Part shown: positions 49,715 to 59,234 of the stretch, one piece after another | How positions within the stretch are numbered: the first letter of the stretch is position 1 | Layout: every line of letters starts with the position of its first letter | NCBI GenBank assembly: GCA_029263725.1 | Contig: JAJUFS010000001.1 | Location: 19,439 to 83,438, forward strand | DNA length: 64,000 bases | DNA from: Gammaproteobacteria bacterium | GTDB taxonomy: Bacteria; Pseudomonadota; Gammaproteobacteria; Natronospirales; JAJUFS01 | Direction: 5' to 3' | Program-made: the position numbers and the translations under genes | The notes under the pieces: generated by a model | The model's input: only the letters and a program-made list of their open reading frames with translations | Database searches by the model: none | Told to the model about the DNA's origin: nothing

Positions 49715-50385
49715 ACACCGATCTTTCGATCGTCGAGCTCATCCGCGATGCCAGCCTCATCGTGCAGCTCGTCATGCTGCTCCTGCTGCTCGCCTCGGTC
49801 GCCTCCTGGGCGGTGATCTTCCAGAAGCGCCGCGCGCTGAACGCGGCGCGCGCCGACGCGGATTCCTTCGAGAAGCGCTTCTGGTCGGGCATCGAGCTGT
49901 CCTCGCTGTACAAGCAGCTGAAGGACGATGACCGCGCGCAGACCGGCATGGCCGGCATCTTCGTGGCCGGTTTTCGCGAATACCTCCGGCAGGTGAAGCA
50001 GGGCGAACCGCAGCCGGAACGCATCGGCGAGGCGGCGCGCCGCGCCATGCATGTCGCGCAGCTGCGTGAACTCGATCGCCTCGAAGCCAATCTCGCATTT
50101 CTTGCGACAGTCGGTTCCACCAGCCCGTACGTCGGCCTGTTCGGCACCGTGTGGGGCATCATGAACGCCTTCCGCGCGCTGGGTAACGTCCAGCAGGCCA
50201 CGCTCGCCATGGTCGCGCCGGGCATTGCCGAGGCGCTGATCGCCACGGCCATGGGCCTGTTCGCCGCCATCCCGGCGGTGATCGCCTACAACCGCTACGC
50301 CGACCGGGTGGAGCGCCTGGAAGTCCGCTACGACACCTTCCTGGAGGAGTTCGTGGCCATCCTGCAGCGCAACGCGAGGCAATGA
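49711..50385 (+). CDS. tolQ: Tol-Pal system protein TolQ
   Basis: MotA/TolQ/ExbB channel motifs (LATVGSTSPYVGLFGTVWGIM, GIAEALIATAMGL). Confidence 0.95.
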   Translation: MNTDLSIVELIRDASLIVQLVMLLLLLASVASWAVIFQKRRALNAARADADSFEKRFWSGIELSSLYKQLKDDDRAQTGMAGIFVAGFREYLRQVKQGEPQPERIGEAARRAMHVAQLRELDRLEANLAFLATVGSTSPYVGLFGTVWGIMNAFRALGNVQQATLAMVAPGIAEALIATAMGLFAAIPAVIAYNRYADRVERLEVRYDTFLEEFVAILQRNARQ

Positions 50386-50386
50386 C

Positions 50387-50830
50387 ATGGCAGGCGGCGT
50401 GAGCAGGCGCGGCAAGCGGCGGCTGATGGGCGAGATCAACGTCGTGCCCTATATCGACGTGATGCTGGTGCTGCTCATCATATTCATGGTGACCGCGCCG
50501 CTGCTGACGCAGGGCGTGAAGGTCGAGCTGCCCGAGGCGGCCACCGAGAACCTGCCGCCCGAGGACAGCGACCCCATCGTTCTGACCGTGAACGCCGAGG
50601 GTGAGCTGTTTCTCAACATCGGCGAGGATCCGGAGGCGCCGCTGGATGATGAGTTCATCATCGCCGCGGTGTCCAAGGTGCTGCAGAACCGGCCCGATGC
50701 GCCGGTGATGGTGCGCGGCGACCGCAATGTCGATTACGGCAGCATCATGCATGCCATGAGCCTGCTGCAGCAGGCCGGCGCACCCAGCATCGGCATGGTC
50801 AGCGATCCGCCGAAACGCGGGGGGCGCTAA
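50387..50830 (+). CDS. tolR: Tol-Pal system protein TolR
   Basis: EINVVPYIDVMLVLLIIFMVTAPL is the ExbD/TolR signature. Confidence 0.94.
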   Translation: MAGGVSRRGKRRLMGEINVVPYIDVMLVLLIIFMVTAPLLTQGVKVELPEAATENLPPEDSDPIVLTVNAEGELFLNIGEDPEAPLDDEFIIAAVSKVLQNRPDAPVMVRGDRNVDYGSIMHAMSLLQQAGAPSIGMVSDPPKRGGR

Positions 50831-51661
50831 GTGAAGGGTGGCGGAAACTTCTCCGCCGTGTTCTGGTCGCTGCTGGTGCACGCGGCCATCGTCGGCGGTT
50901 TCCTGGTCACCGTGCGGCTCACCGCGCCGGCGGTGCAGGCGCCGCAGGTGGAGGTGATCCAGGCCGAGGTCATCAGCGCCGAGGCTTTGCGGCAGCGCGA
51001 GCAGGAACGCCTAGAGGCCGAGCGCCGCGCCGAGGAGGCCCGCCAGGCGGAAATCCGCCGCCAGCGCGAGGCGGAACTGGCCGAGCAGCGCCGCCGCGAG
51101 GAGCAGGCGCGGCAGGCGGAGCTGCGTCGCCAGGAGGAATTGCGCCGCAAGCAGGCGGAGGAGGAAGCCCGCCGCAAGGCCGCCGAGGAAGAAAAGCGCC
51201 GCAAGGCCGAGGAAGAGCGCAAGCGGCGCGAGGAAGCCGAGCGGCGCCGCAAGGAAGAGGAAGCGCGCCGCAAGGCGGAAGAGGAGCGCAAGCGCCGCGA
51301 GGCCGAGGAAGCCGCCCGGCAGCAGCGCGAATCCGAGTTGCAGGCGCAGATCGAGGCCGAGGAAAGGCGCTTGGCCGCGATACGCTCCGGCAAGCTGGCG
51401 GAGTACATTGGCCTCATGGATAACCGCATCAAGCGGCAGTGGCAGGAGCCGCCGAACCTCGGCGAGAACTTCTACTGCGAGTTCCGCGTGCGGCAGATCC
51501 CCGGCGGCGAGGTGGTTTCGGTGAACCTCGTCCGCTGTGACAACGAGGTGCTGCGCCGCAGCTGCGAGGCGGCCATCTGGAAGGCCTCGCCGCTGCCGCC
51601 ACCGCCCGAGCCGTCGCTGTTCGAACCGTACGTCAACATCGTCTTCAGCCCGGAGAATTGA
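50831..51661 (+). CDS. tolA: Tol-Pal system protein TolA (GTG start)
   Basis: N-terminal TM, long E/K/R/A-rich helical domain II, C-terminal TolA domain III (NFYCEFRVRQIPGGEVVSV). Confidence 0.9.
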   Translation: MKGGGNFSAVFWSLLVHAAIVGGFLVTVRLTAPAVQAPQVEVIQAEVISAEALRQREQERLEAERRAEEARQAEIRRQREAELAEQRRREEQARQAELRRQEELRRKQAEEEARRKAAEEEKRRKAEEERKRREEAERRRKEEEARRKAEEERKRREAEEAARQQRESELQAQIEAEERRLAAIRSGKLAEYIGLMDNRIKRQWQEPPNLGENFYCEFRVRQIPGGEVVSVNLVRCDNEVLRRSCEAAIWKASPLPPPPEPSLFEPYVNIVFSPEN

Positions 51662-52971
51662 TCATGCGCGTTCTCAAGTTCCTGGTGCTTCTGGCAATTT
51701 TCAGCCTGCCCGGTGTCGCCGCGGCGGAAATCACGGTGCAGGTGACCCGTGGCCTGGGCGACGCGCAGCCCATCGCCATCGTGCCGTTCGGTTTCGAAGG
51801 CCAGGGCCGGCCCGCCGTGGACGTGGCGGCGGTGGTGGCCGCCGACCTCGAGCGCAGCGGCCGCTTCAAGCCGTTTCCCGTCTCGGACATGCTGGAAAAG
51901 CCGGTGCGCGCCGCGGACGTGAAGTACCAGAACTGGCGCGTGCTCGGCGTCGATTACGTGGTGGTGGGCAACATCCAGGTGCAGGACGGCGGTTACGTCA
52001 TCCAGTTCCAGCTCCTCGACGTGTATCGCGGCCAGCAGCTGATGGGTTACAGCGTGCCCATCCGCGGCGAATACCTGCGCCGCGGCGCGCACCAGGTAGC
52101 TGACCTGGTCTACGAGGAACTCACCGGCGTGCCGGGCGCGTTCTCCACGCGCATCGCCTTCGTGCTTGCCACCGGCAAGGGCGAGGACACGCGCTACCAG
52201 CTGGTGGTCGCCGATGCGGACGGCGAGAACCAGCGCACCATCCTGCGCTCCGCGCGCCCGCTGATGTCGCCGACCTGGTCGCCTGACGGGCGCCGCCTGG
52301 CCTACGTTTCCTTCGAGAACCAGGTCGCCGAGGTCTTCGTGCAGGAGCTGGCCAGCGGCCAGCGGCAGAAGGTCTCGTCGCGCGAGGGCGTCAACGGCGC
52401 GCCCAGCTTCTCGCCGGACGGCCGGAAGCTCGCCATGACGCTGTCCTCGGAGGCAGGCAACCTGGACATCTGGGTCAAGGACCTGGAGTCCGGCGAACTG
52501 ACGCGGGTGACACGGCATCCTGCCATCGACACCGAGGCGGTGTGGGCGCCGGATGGCCGCACGCTCTTTTTCACCTCGGACCGCGGCGGCGCGCCGCAGA
52601 TCTACCGGATCGACTGGCAGGCGGGCAATGATCGTCCCGAGCGCGTCACTTTCGAGGGCAATTACAACGCCCGCCCGACGCTGTCGCCGGACGGCAAGCT
52701 GCTCGGCGTGTTGCACCAGTCGAACCGGGGCTTCAACATCGGGGTGCTGGACCTGGCCCGGCGCACGTTCAACGTGCTGACGGAGGGCCGCCAGGACGAA
52801 TCGCCGAGCTTCGCGCCCAATGGCGCGATGATCATCTACGCGACCAGCGAAGGTAACCGCGGCGTGCTCGCCGCGACTTCCGTGGACGGCCGCGTGCAGC
52901 AGCGGCTGGCGGTGCAGGAAGGCGACGTGCGCGAGCCGTCCTGGTCGCCGGCGCAGGAAGCGGGACGCTGA
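51658..52971 (+). CDS. tolB: Tol-Pal system beta-propeller protein TolB
   Basis: Signal peptide, TolB N-domain, repeated SP.WSPDG / P.FSPDG propeller motifs. Confidence 0.96.
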   Translation: MIMRVLKFLVLLAIFSLPGVAAAEITVQVTRGLGDAQPIAIVPFGFEGQGRPAVDVAAVVAADLERSGRFKPFPVSDMLEKPVRAADVKYQNWRVLGVDYVVVGNIQVQDGGYVIQFQLLDVYRGQQLMGYSVPIRGEYLRRGAHQVADLVYEELTGVPGAFSTRIAFVLATGKGEDTRYQLVVADADGENQRTILRSARPLMSPTWSPDGRRLAYVSFENQVAEVFVQELASGQRQKVSSREGVNGAPSFSPDGRKLAMTLSSEAGNLDIWVKDLESGELTRVTRHPAIDTEAVWAPDGRTLFFTSDRGGAPQIYRIDWQAGNDRPERVTFEGNYNARPTLSPDGKLLGVLHQSNRGFNIGVLDLARRTFNVLTEGRQDESPSFAPNGAMIIYATSEGNRGVLAATSVDGRVQQRLAVQEGDVREPSWSPAQEAGR

Positions 52972-53037
52972 ATGGGGTAGGCGCGGCCGGTTGTTCCGGC
53001 CGGGGATAACGACTGTTCAATTGCTGGAGGAAGACTC

Positions 53038-53562
53038 ATGAGCAGGATCAAGGTTCTTGGAGTGCTGGCTTCTCTGCTGCTCGCGGCCGGTTGCGCCTCG
53101 ACGGACACGCAGGAGGTGCCTGAGGATTCCCGCGAGACCGTGGGCACGGAAACGGGACGCGAGGCCGGCGGCGTCGGCCAGCCGGAGCGCATGAGCATCG
53201 ACGAGCGCCTCCAGGATCCGGCCGATCCGCTGTCGCAGCGCGTGGTCTACTTCGAGTTCGATCGCAGCGACATTCCGCGCGAGGAGCTGGCGACGCTGGA
53301 CGCGCATGCCCGCTTCCTGGTCGAGAACCCGAACGTGCGGATTCGCCTCGAAGGCCATGCCGACGAACGCGGCAGCCGCGAATACAACATCGGCCTCGGC
53401 GATCGCCGTGCGCAGGCCGTGCGCCGAATCCTGCTGTTCCAGGGCGTGTCCGCGGACCAGATCACCACGGTGAGCTATGGCGAGGAACGGCCGGCGGTGC
53501 AGGGCCAGGGCCCCGAGGTTTGGGCCAAGAACCGCCGCGTTGAAATCATCTACCTGCGCTGA
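53038..53562 (+). CDS. pal: peptidoglycan-associated lipoprotein Pal
   Basis: Lipobox LAAGC. OmpA-like domain (VYFEFDRSDI, LEGHADERGSREYNIGLGDRRA). Confidence 0.95.
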   Translation: MSRIKVLGVLASLLLAAGCASTDTQEVPEDSRETVGTETGREAGGVGQPERMSIDERLQDPADPLSQRVVYFEFDRSDIPREELATLDAHARFLVENPNVRIRLEGHADERGSREYNIGLGDRRAQAVRRILLFQGVSADQITTVSYGEERPAVQGQGPEVWAKNRRVEIIYLR

Positions 53563-53567
53563 TAGCC

Positions 53568-54299
53568 ATGAAGAAGAAGCTCGCAGGAATCCTGTTGGTC
53601 GCCACGGCGCTGGCCCTCGGCGGCTGCGCCGTGCGCGATGACGATCCGTATGCGGTGCGCGTGCGCGACCTGGAACAGCGCCTCGCCAACATCGAACGCA
53701 TCCTGCAGAACCAGAGCCTGGTGCAGTTGATGGGCCGCATCGAGGAACTGCAGAACGAGGTTCGCCTGCTGCGCGGCGAGGCCGAGACGCTGCGTTACGA
53801 CATGGACGGCGTCAGCCAGCGGCAGCGCGACATCTACCTCGATCTCGACCAGCGTCTGCAGGCGCTGGAGAACGGTGGCGCGCCGCGGGGCGGCGGGGCG
53901 CCCGCGGCCAGCGGCAGCGATCGTGACGATTACCAGGCCGCCTTCGGGCTGCTTCGGGAATCGCGCTACGACGAGGCCCGCCGCGCCTTCGAGGCCTTCA
54001 TCGAGAAGCATCCGCAGAGCAGCCTGCTGCCGAACGCCTGGTACTGGCTGGGCGAGGTCAACTACGTCAACAAGGCCTTCCAGCCGGCGATTGAACAGTT
54101 CCGCATCGTGGTCGACCGCTTCCCGCAGTCGAACAAGGCGGCGGATGCCTGGCTCAAGCTCGGCTATTGCCATTACGAGCTCGGGCAGTGGGCCAAGGCG
54201 CGCGAGGCGCTGACTTCAGTGGTTGATCGCTTTCCGGATCATTCCGCTGCCAAGCTTGCCGCGGAACGCCTGGAGCGCATGCGCCGCGAGGGGCGCTGA
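53568..54299 (+). CDS. cpoB: cell division coordinator CpoB (YbgF)
   Basis: N-terminal coiled coil (LEQRLANIERIL), C-terminal TPR repeats (YQAAFGLLRESRYDEA, AWYWLGE, AWLKLGYC). Located downstream of pal. Confidence 0.9.
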   Translation: MKKKLAGILLVATALALGGCAVRDDDPYAVRVRDLEQRLANIERILQNQSLVQLMGRIEELQNEVRLLRGEAETLRYDMDGVSQRQRDIYLDLDQRLQALENGGAPRGGGAPAASGSDRDDYQAAFGLLRESRYDEARRAFEAFIEKHPQSSLLPNAWYWLGEVNYVNKAFQPAIEQFRIVVDRFPQSNKAADAWLKLGYCHYELGQWAKAREALTSVVDRFPDHSAAKLAAERLERMRREGR

Positions 54300-54309
54300 C
54301 GGGTGGTAT

Positions 54310-54342
54310 CATGGCGGTTCACGATTGCTGTGAACCGCCATG
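54310..54342 (+). promoter_or_regulatory. perfect 13-bp hairpin between cpoB and queE
   Basis: CATGGCGGTTCAC-gattgct-GTGAACCGCCATG. The 3' arm contains the first in-frame ATG of queE (54340). No U tract follows. Confidence 0.5.
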
Positions 54343-55035
54343 ACCATTGATCTCCAGGCGGAATCCGCACGGGTCCGGAACGAAGTGCCGGCCGAGCGGC
54401 GTCTGCGCATCACCGAAATCTTCCATTCCCTGCAGGGCGAGTCGCGGACCCTGGGTCTGCCGACGGTATTCGTGCGCCTGACCGGCTGTCCGCTGCGCTG
54501 CGTGTACTGCGACACCGAGTACGCCTTCCACGGCGGCGGATGGCAGTCCTTCGAACAGATCCTGGCCACCGTGAAATCCTTCGGTGCGAAGCATGTCTGC
54601 GTCACCGGCGGCGAGCCGCTGGCGCAGAAGGCCTGCCTAGGGCTGTTGTCGCTGCTCTGTGATGAAGGCTTCGAGGTGTCGCTGGAGACCAGCGGCGCGC
54701 TGGACGTGTCTGCCGTCGATCCGCGGGTCATGAAGGTGATGGACCTGAAGACGCCGGCCTCCGGCGAGGAAGGGCGCAACCGCTGGGAAAACCTCGACGC
54801 GCTGACGCCGCATGACCAGCTCAAGATCGTGATCTGCAATCGTGAAGACTACGAGTGGGCTCGCCGGCAGCTGCAGGAAAGGCAGCTCGCGGCGCGCTGC
54901 GAGGTGCTGCTGTCGCCGAGCTGGGGGCAGCTGTCGCCGCGGGATCTGGCCGAATGGATACTCGAGGACCGCCTGCCGGTGCGCATGCAGGTCCAGTTGC
55001 ACAAGATCATCTGGGGCGAGGAGCCAGGGCATTGA
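54340..55035 (+). CDS. queE: 7-carboxy-7-deazaguanine synthase (radical SAM)
   Basis: [42 protein letters not shown]. The true start may be the GTG at 54385, which gives the usual short N-terminus before LRITEIF. Confidence 0.9.
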   Translation: MTIDLQAESARVRNEVPAERRLRITEIFHSLQGESRTLGLPTVFVRLTGCPLRCVYCDTEYAFHGGGWQSFEQILATVKSFGAKHVCVTGGEPLAQKACLGLLSLLCDEGFEVSLETSGALDVSAVDPRVMKVMDLKTPASGEEGRNRWENLDALTPHDQLKIVICNREDYEWARRQLQERQLAARCEVLLSPSWGQLSPRDLAEWILEDRLPVRMQVQLHKIIWGEEPGH

Positions 55036-55703
55036 AACAGCGTGCAGTAGTGCTCCTCTCCGGCGGGCTGGATTCCGCCACGGTGCTGGCGATGGCGCGC
55101 GCCGAGGGCAGGGAATGCTACGCGCTCGGCTTCGACTACGGGCAGCGTCATCGCGCCGAGCTGCGTGCCGCCGAAAACGTGGCGCGTGCGCTGGGGGCGA
55201 AGGAGCATCGCGTGGTGCGGCTCGATCTTCGCGCCATCGGCGGTTCCGCGCTTACCGATGACGCCATTGCGGTTCCCGATGCGCCGACCGAAGGCATTCC
55301 CGTCACCTACGTGCCCGCACGCAATACCGTATTCCTGTCCATCGCGCTCGGCTGGGCGGAGGTGCTGGAGGCCGAGGAAGTCTTCATCGGCGTGAACGCG
55401 GTGGACTATTCCGGTTACCCGGATTGCCGTCCCGCCTTCATCGAGGCCTTCCAGCAGCTTGCCAACGTCGCCACGCGCCAGGCCGTGGAAGGCCGGCCGG
55501 TCGCGATCCGCGCGCCGCTGATGCATCTGTCCAAGGCGGAAATCATCCGGCGCGGCGTGGCAGCGGGCGTGGATTACTCGATGACCATCTCCTGCTACGA
55601 CGCCGATGAGGCAGGACAGGCCTGCGGCAGCTGCGATTCCTGCCGCCTGCGCCGCGCGGGCTTCGAAGCCGCCGGCGTGCCTGATCCGACCCGCTATCGC
55701 TGA
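55032..55703 (+). CDS. queC: 7-cyano-7-deazaguanine synthase
   Basis: A TTG start at 55032 overlapping the queE stop gives (M)[16 protein letters not shown] (PP-loop SGGxDS). C-terminal Zn Cys cluster [10 protein letters not shown]. Confidence 0.88.
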   Translation: MKQRAVVLLSGGLDSATVLAMARAEGRECYALGFDYGQRHRAELRAAENVARALGAKEHRVVRLDLRAIGGSALTDDAIAVPDAPTEGIPVTYVPARNTVFLSIALGWAEVLEAEEVFIGVNAVDYSGYPDCRPAFIEAFQQLANVATRQAVEGRPVAIRAPLMHLSKAEIIRRGVAAGVDYSMTISCYDADEAGQACGSCDSCRLRRAGFEAAGVPDPTRYR

Positions 55704-55726
55704 CACATCCTGGAAGAAGAAGAAAC

Positions 55727-56299
55727 TTGGAATCCCTGATCGTTTCCACCGTGACGGTGGCGCTCGCCGAGATCGGCGACAAGACCCAGTTGCTCGCGCT
55801 GGTGCTGGCGGCGCGTTTCCGCAAGCCGTGGCCGATCATCGCCGGGATCCTGCTGGCCACGCTGGTGAACCACGCCATTGCCGCGGAAGTCGGTGCCTGG
55901 CTGGCGCGCCTGCTTTCGCCAGACGTGCTGCGCTGGATCGTGGCGGCATCCTTTCTGGCGATGGGCCTGTGGGCGTTGATCCCGGACAAGGACAGCGGTG
56001 CAGCGGCGAAATACCAGTTCGGCGCCCTCCTCACCACGCTGATCGCATTCTTTCTCGTCGAGATCGGCGACAAAACGCAGATCGCCACGGTGGTGCTGGC
56101 GGCGAAGTACGCGAACGTCTTCATGGTCGTGGTGGGTACCACGCTCGGCATGCTGCTCGCCAACGTGCCGGTGGTGCTCGCGGGGCATTTCGCCGCGGAG
56201 AAGCTGCCGCTGCGCGCGATTCGCATCGTTACCGCGCTGCTGTTCATCGCGCTCGGCGTTGCGGCTTTCCTTGGCGGAGGGATGACGCTGGAAGGGTGA
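55727..56299 (+). CDS. TMEM165/GDT1 (UPF0016) family cation transporter
   Basis: Two copies of the E-x-G-D-K-T motif (LAEIGDKTQLLAL, LVEIGDKTQIATV) in a six-TM protein. Confidence 0.85.
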   Translation: MESLIVSTVTVALAEIGDKTQLLALVLAARFRKPWPIIAGILLATLVNHAIAAEVGAWLARLLSPDVLRWIVAASFLAMGLWALIPDKDSGAAAKYQFGALLTTLIAFFLVEIGDKTQIATVVLAAKYANVFMVVVGTTLGMLLANVPVVLAGHFAAEKLPLRAIRIVTALLFIALGVAAFLGGGMTLEG

Positions 56300-56301
56300 G
56301 G

Positions 56302-56377
56302 TGGTGGGCCGTGTAGGATTCGAACCTACGACCAATTGGTTAAAAGCCAACTGCTCTACCGACTGAGCTAACGGCCC
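56302..56377 (-). tRNA. tRNA-Lys (anticodon TTT)
   Basis: Reverse complement is GGGCCGT-TA-GCTC-AGTCGGTA-GAGC-A-GTTGG-CTTTTAA-CCAAT-TGGTC-GTAGG-TTCGAAT-CCTAC-ACGGCCC-A-CCA. Confidence 0.93.
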
Positions 56378-56550
56378 CCTGGGAAGCCGCGCATGATATA
56401 CGAACTGGCCGTCCCGAGAAAACCCGCAAAAGCGCCAGTCCGGCGTTTCACCGTGGCCCGCGTGGGAAACCCTCTGCTAAAATAGCGGGCCGCGCCCGGC
56501 TGGCCCGGGCACTCCGTTCCGCCACTTCCTTTACCAGGGGATGCACTGTC

Positions 56551-57570
56551 ATGAATCTCGAGGAACTGAACGATATCGCGCTTGCCATGGTGGCTCCGGG
56601 CAAGGGCATCCTCGCCGCCGACGAAAGCACGGGTACCATCAAGAAGCGTTTTGACTCCATCGGCGTGGAAAGCACCGAGGAGCTGCGCCGCGCCTACCGC
56701 GAAATGCTGTTCACCGCGCCGGGCATGGAACAGTACATCAGCGGCGTCATCATGTATGACGAGACCATTCGCCAGTCCGCCGCCGACGGCACGCCGTTCC
56801 CGCAGCTGCTGCAGAAGCTCGGCGTCGTTCCGGGCATCAAGGTGGATACCGGCGCCAAGGATCTTGCGCTGTGCCCGGGCGAGAAGATCACCGAGGGCCT
56901 CGACGGCCTGCGCGAGCGCCTCGCCGAGTACTACGAGCTCGGTGCACGCTTTGCCAAGTGGCGCGCGGTCATCACCATCGGCGAGGACATCCCCAGCAAC
57001 ACCTGCATCGAGACCAACGCGCACGCGCTGGCGCGCTATGCGGCGCTCTGCCAGGAAGCGAACATCGTGCCTATCGTCGAGCCGGAAGTCCTGATGGACG
57101 CCGACAACACCATCGAGGAGTGCTACGAGGTCACCGCGCACACCCTGAAGACGGTGTTCGACGAGCTGTACAAGCAGAACGTCGCCCTGGAAGGCATCGT
57201 GCTGAAGCCGAACATGGTCATCGCCGGCAAGAAGTGCCCGACGCAGGCGGAGCCGGAGCAGGTTGCCGAGATGACGGTGGCATGCCTGACCAACCACGTC
57301 CCGGCGTCGGTGCCCGGCATCGCGTTTCTGTCGGGTGGCCAGAGCGACGAGCTTGCGACCCTGCATCTCGCGCTGATGAACGAGATGGGGCCGCATCCCT
57401 GGGAACTGACCTTCTCCTACGGCCGCGCCCTGCAGGCCGCTGCCCTGAAGGCCTGGGGCGGCAAGAAGGAAAACGTCGAGGCGGCGCAGAAGGCCTTCCT
57501 GCATCGTGCCAAGTGCAACGGCGCGGCGCACGATGGCACCTACACGCCTGACATGGAAAAAGTGGCGTAA
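56551..57570 (+). CDS. fba: class I fructose-bisphosphate aldolase
   Basis: GKGILAADESTGTIKKRF..., LKPNMV (Schiff-base Lys region), FLSGGQS, SFSYGRALQ. Confidence 0.93.
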   Translation: MNLEELNDIALAMVAPGKGILAADESTGTIKKRFDSIGVESTEELRRAYREMLFTAPGMEQYISGVIMYDETIRQSAADGTPFPQLLQKLGVVPGIKVDTGAKDLALCPGEKITEGLDGLRERLAEYYELGARFAKWRAVITIGEDIPSNTCIETNAHALARYAALCQEANIVPIVEPEVLMDADNTIEECYEVTAHTLKTVFDELYKQNVALEGIVLKPNMVIAGKKCPTQAEPEQVAEMTVACLTNHVPASVPGIAFLSGGQSDELATLHLALMNEMGPHPWELTFSYGRALQAAALKAWGGKKENVEAAQKAFLHRAKCNGAAHDGTYTPDMEKVA

Positions 57571-57580
57571 GTTGCCGGCA

Positions 57581-57612
57581 AAGCGCCCCGCCCAAAGCGG
57601 GGCGCTTTTCTC
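57581..57612 (+). terminator. intrinsic terminator after fba
   Basis: AGCGCCCCGC-ccaaa-GCGGGGCGCU followed by UUUCUCU. Confidence 0.85.
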
Positions 57613-57641
57613 TGTGCGCCCAACTCTGCGTGGGGACCTGA

Positions 57642-58457
57642 ATGCGACAAGAAGAAACGCTGATAGAGATTCGCGGGCTCAAGTACCGGCGCGGTGACAA
57701 GGTCATCTTCGACGGCGTCGATCTCGACATTCCTGCCGGCAAGGTCACCGCCCTGATGGGGCCGAGCGGCACCGGCAAGACCACGCTGCTGCGGCTCATC
57801 ACCGGCCAGCTCGCACCGGATGAAGGCACGATCCGCGTCGCAGGGCAGGAGGTTGCCCGGCTGGACCGTTCCGAGCTGTATGCGCTTCGCCGCCGCATGG
57901 GCTTTCTCTTTCAGAACGGTGCGCTGCTCACCGACTTCACCGTGTTCGAGAACGTCGCCTTCCCGCTGCGCGAACACACCGATCTTCCCGAAGCATTGAT
58001 CCGCGACATCGTGCTGATGAAGCTGCAGGCCGTCGGCCTGCGCGGCACGGTAGACATGATGCCCTCGGAGCTTTCCGGCGGCATGGCAAGACGCGTGGCG
58101 CTGGCGCGCGCCATCGTCATGGACCCGGAAATGATCTTCTACGACGAGCCCTTCGTCGGGCTCGATCCGATTTCCATGGGCCAGATCGTCCGCCTGATCA
58201 AGCAGCTCAACGAGACCCTGGGGCTCACCAGCATCGTCGTCTCGCACGACGTGCAGGAAATCAGCACGGTGGCCGACCAGCTCTACCTGCTCTCCAACGG
58301 CAAGATCGTCGGCTCCGGCGCGCCTAAGGCGCTGCGCGAGGACAACTCGCCCTGGGTGCGGCAGTTCATGCAGGGCCTTGCCGACGGCCCGGTGCCGTTC
58401 CACTATCCGGCGCCCTCGCTCGAGGAAGCCTTCCTGGACCGGGAGGACAAGGAATGA
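57642..58457 (+). CDS. mlaF: phospholipid ABC transporter ATP-binding protein MlaF
   Basis: GPSGTGKTT Walker A, LSGGMARRVALARA signature, FYDEPF Walker B. First gene of the mlaFEDCB order. Confidence 0.9.
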   Translation: MRQEETLIEIRGLKYRRGDKVIFDGVDLDIPAGKVTALMGPSGTGKTTLLRLITGQLAPDEGTIRVAGQEVARLDRSELYALRRRMGFLFQNGALLTDFTVFENVAFPLREHTDLPEALIRDIVLMKLQAVGLRGTVDMMPSELSGGMARRVALARAIVMDPEMIFYDEPFVGLDPISMGQIVRLIKQLNETLGLTSIVVSHDVQEISTVADQLYLLSNGKIVGSGAPKALREDNSPWVRQFMQGLADGPVPFHYPAPSLEEAFLDREDKE

Positions 58458-59224
58458 GACTGGTACGCGAACTGCGTGACAATTCCGTGGAGTTCCTGAC
58501 CTCGTTCGGCTCCGCGGTGATCTTCTTCCTGCGGCTGCTGGCCTACACGCCGCGCGCGCTGCTGCGGCCGCGACTGGTTCTGCGGCAGGTGTATGTGGTG
58601 GGCGCGGAATCGCTGGTGCTGATCATGATGGCCGGCCTGTTCGTCGGCATGGTGCTGGGCCTGCAGTTCTACACCACGATGGCGAAGTTCGGCGCGGAGC
58701 AGTCGCTGGGCGCGGTCGTGGTGCTGGCGCTGGTGCGCGAGCTCGGCCCGGTGGTCACGGCACTGTTGTTCGCCGGCCGTGCAGGCACCGCGCTCGCCTC
58801 GGAGATCGGCCTGATGAAGGCCACCGAGCAGCTTTCGGGCATGGAAATGATGGCCGTGGACCCGGTGCGCTACGTGATCGTGCCGCGCTTCCTGGGCGCG
58901 TTCATCGCCATGCCATTGCTCACCGCCATCTTCAACGCCATCGCCATACTCGGCTCCTGGTGGGTGGCGGTGCAGCTCATGGGCCTGGACAACGGCCAGT
59001 TCTGGTCGCCGATGCCGGACAATGTCGACGTGTTCGACGATGTCCTTGGCGGCGTGCTGAAGAGCGTGTTCTTCGGCGCCGCAGCCGGCCTGCTGGCGGT
59101 GTTCGAGGGTTTCCGGGCGTATCCGACCGCCGAGGGCGTCAGCCGCGCGACGACGCGCACCGTGGTCATGACGGCCATGGCGGTGCTGGTGCTCGACTAT
59201 ATGCTTACTGCGATCCTGATCTGA
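58454..59224 (+). CDS. mlaE: phospholipid ABC transporter permease MlaE
   Basis: MlaE/Ttg2B permease pattern (ELGPVVTALLFAGRAGTALASEIG..., LSGMEMMAVDP). Confidence 0.9.
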   Translation: MRLVRELRDNSVEFLTSFGSAVIFFLRLLAYTPRALLRPRLVLRQVYVVGAESLVLIMMAGLFVGMVLGLQFYTTMAKFGAEQSLGAVVVLALVRELGPVVTALLFAGRAGTALASEIGLMKATEQLSGMEMMAVDPVRYVIVPRFLGAFIAMPLLTAIFNAIAILGSWWVAVQLMGLDNGQFWSPMPDNVDVFDDVLGGVLKSVFFGAAAGLLAVFEGFRAYPTAEGVSRATTRTVVMTAMAVLVLDYMLTAILI

Positions 59225-59234
59225 GGAATCAAAC

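Noticed and set aside
50990-51370. Repeat-rich stretch considered as a possible CRISPR array or other tandem repeat.
   Set aside because: It has no constant-length direct repeats separated by unique spacers. The periodicity is codon-level within the TolA helical domain and the frame stays open.
54300-54339. preQ1 riboswitch upstream of queE; also a yybP-ykoY (Mn) riboswitch upstream of the GDT1-family gene at 55704-55726.
   Set aside because: The queE leader hairpin lacks the short stem plus A-rich tail (..AAAAAACUA) of preQ1-I. The GDT1 upstream gap is only 23 nt, too short for any riboswitch.
55694-56350. A 218-aa minus-strand ORF covering tRNA-Lys and the antisense of the GDT1 gene.
   Set aside because: It starts inside the tRNA gene (MAFNQLVVGSNPTRP is the translated T-arm, a common artefact) and runs antisense to a well-supported transporter gene.
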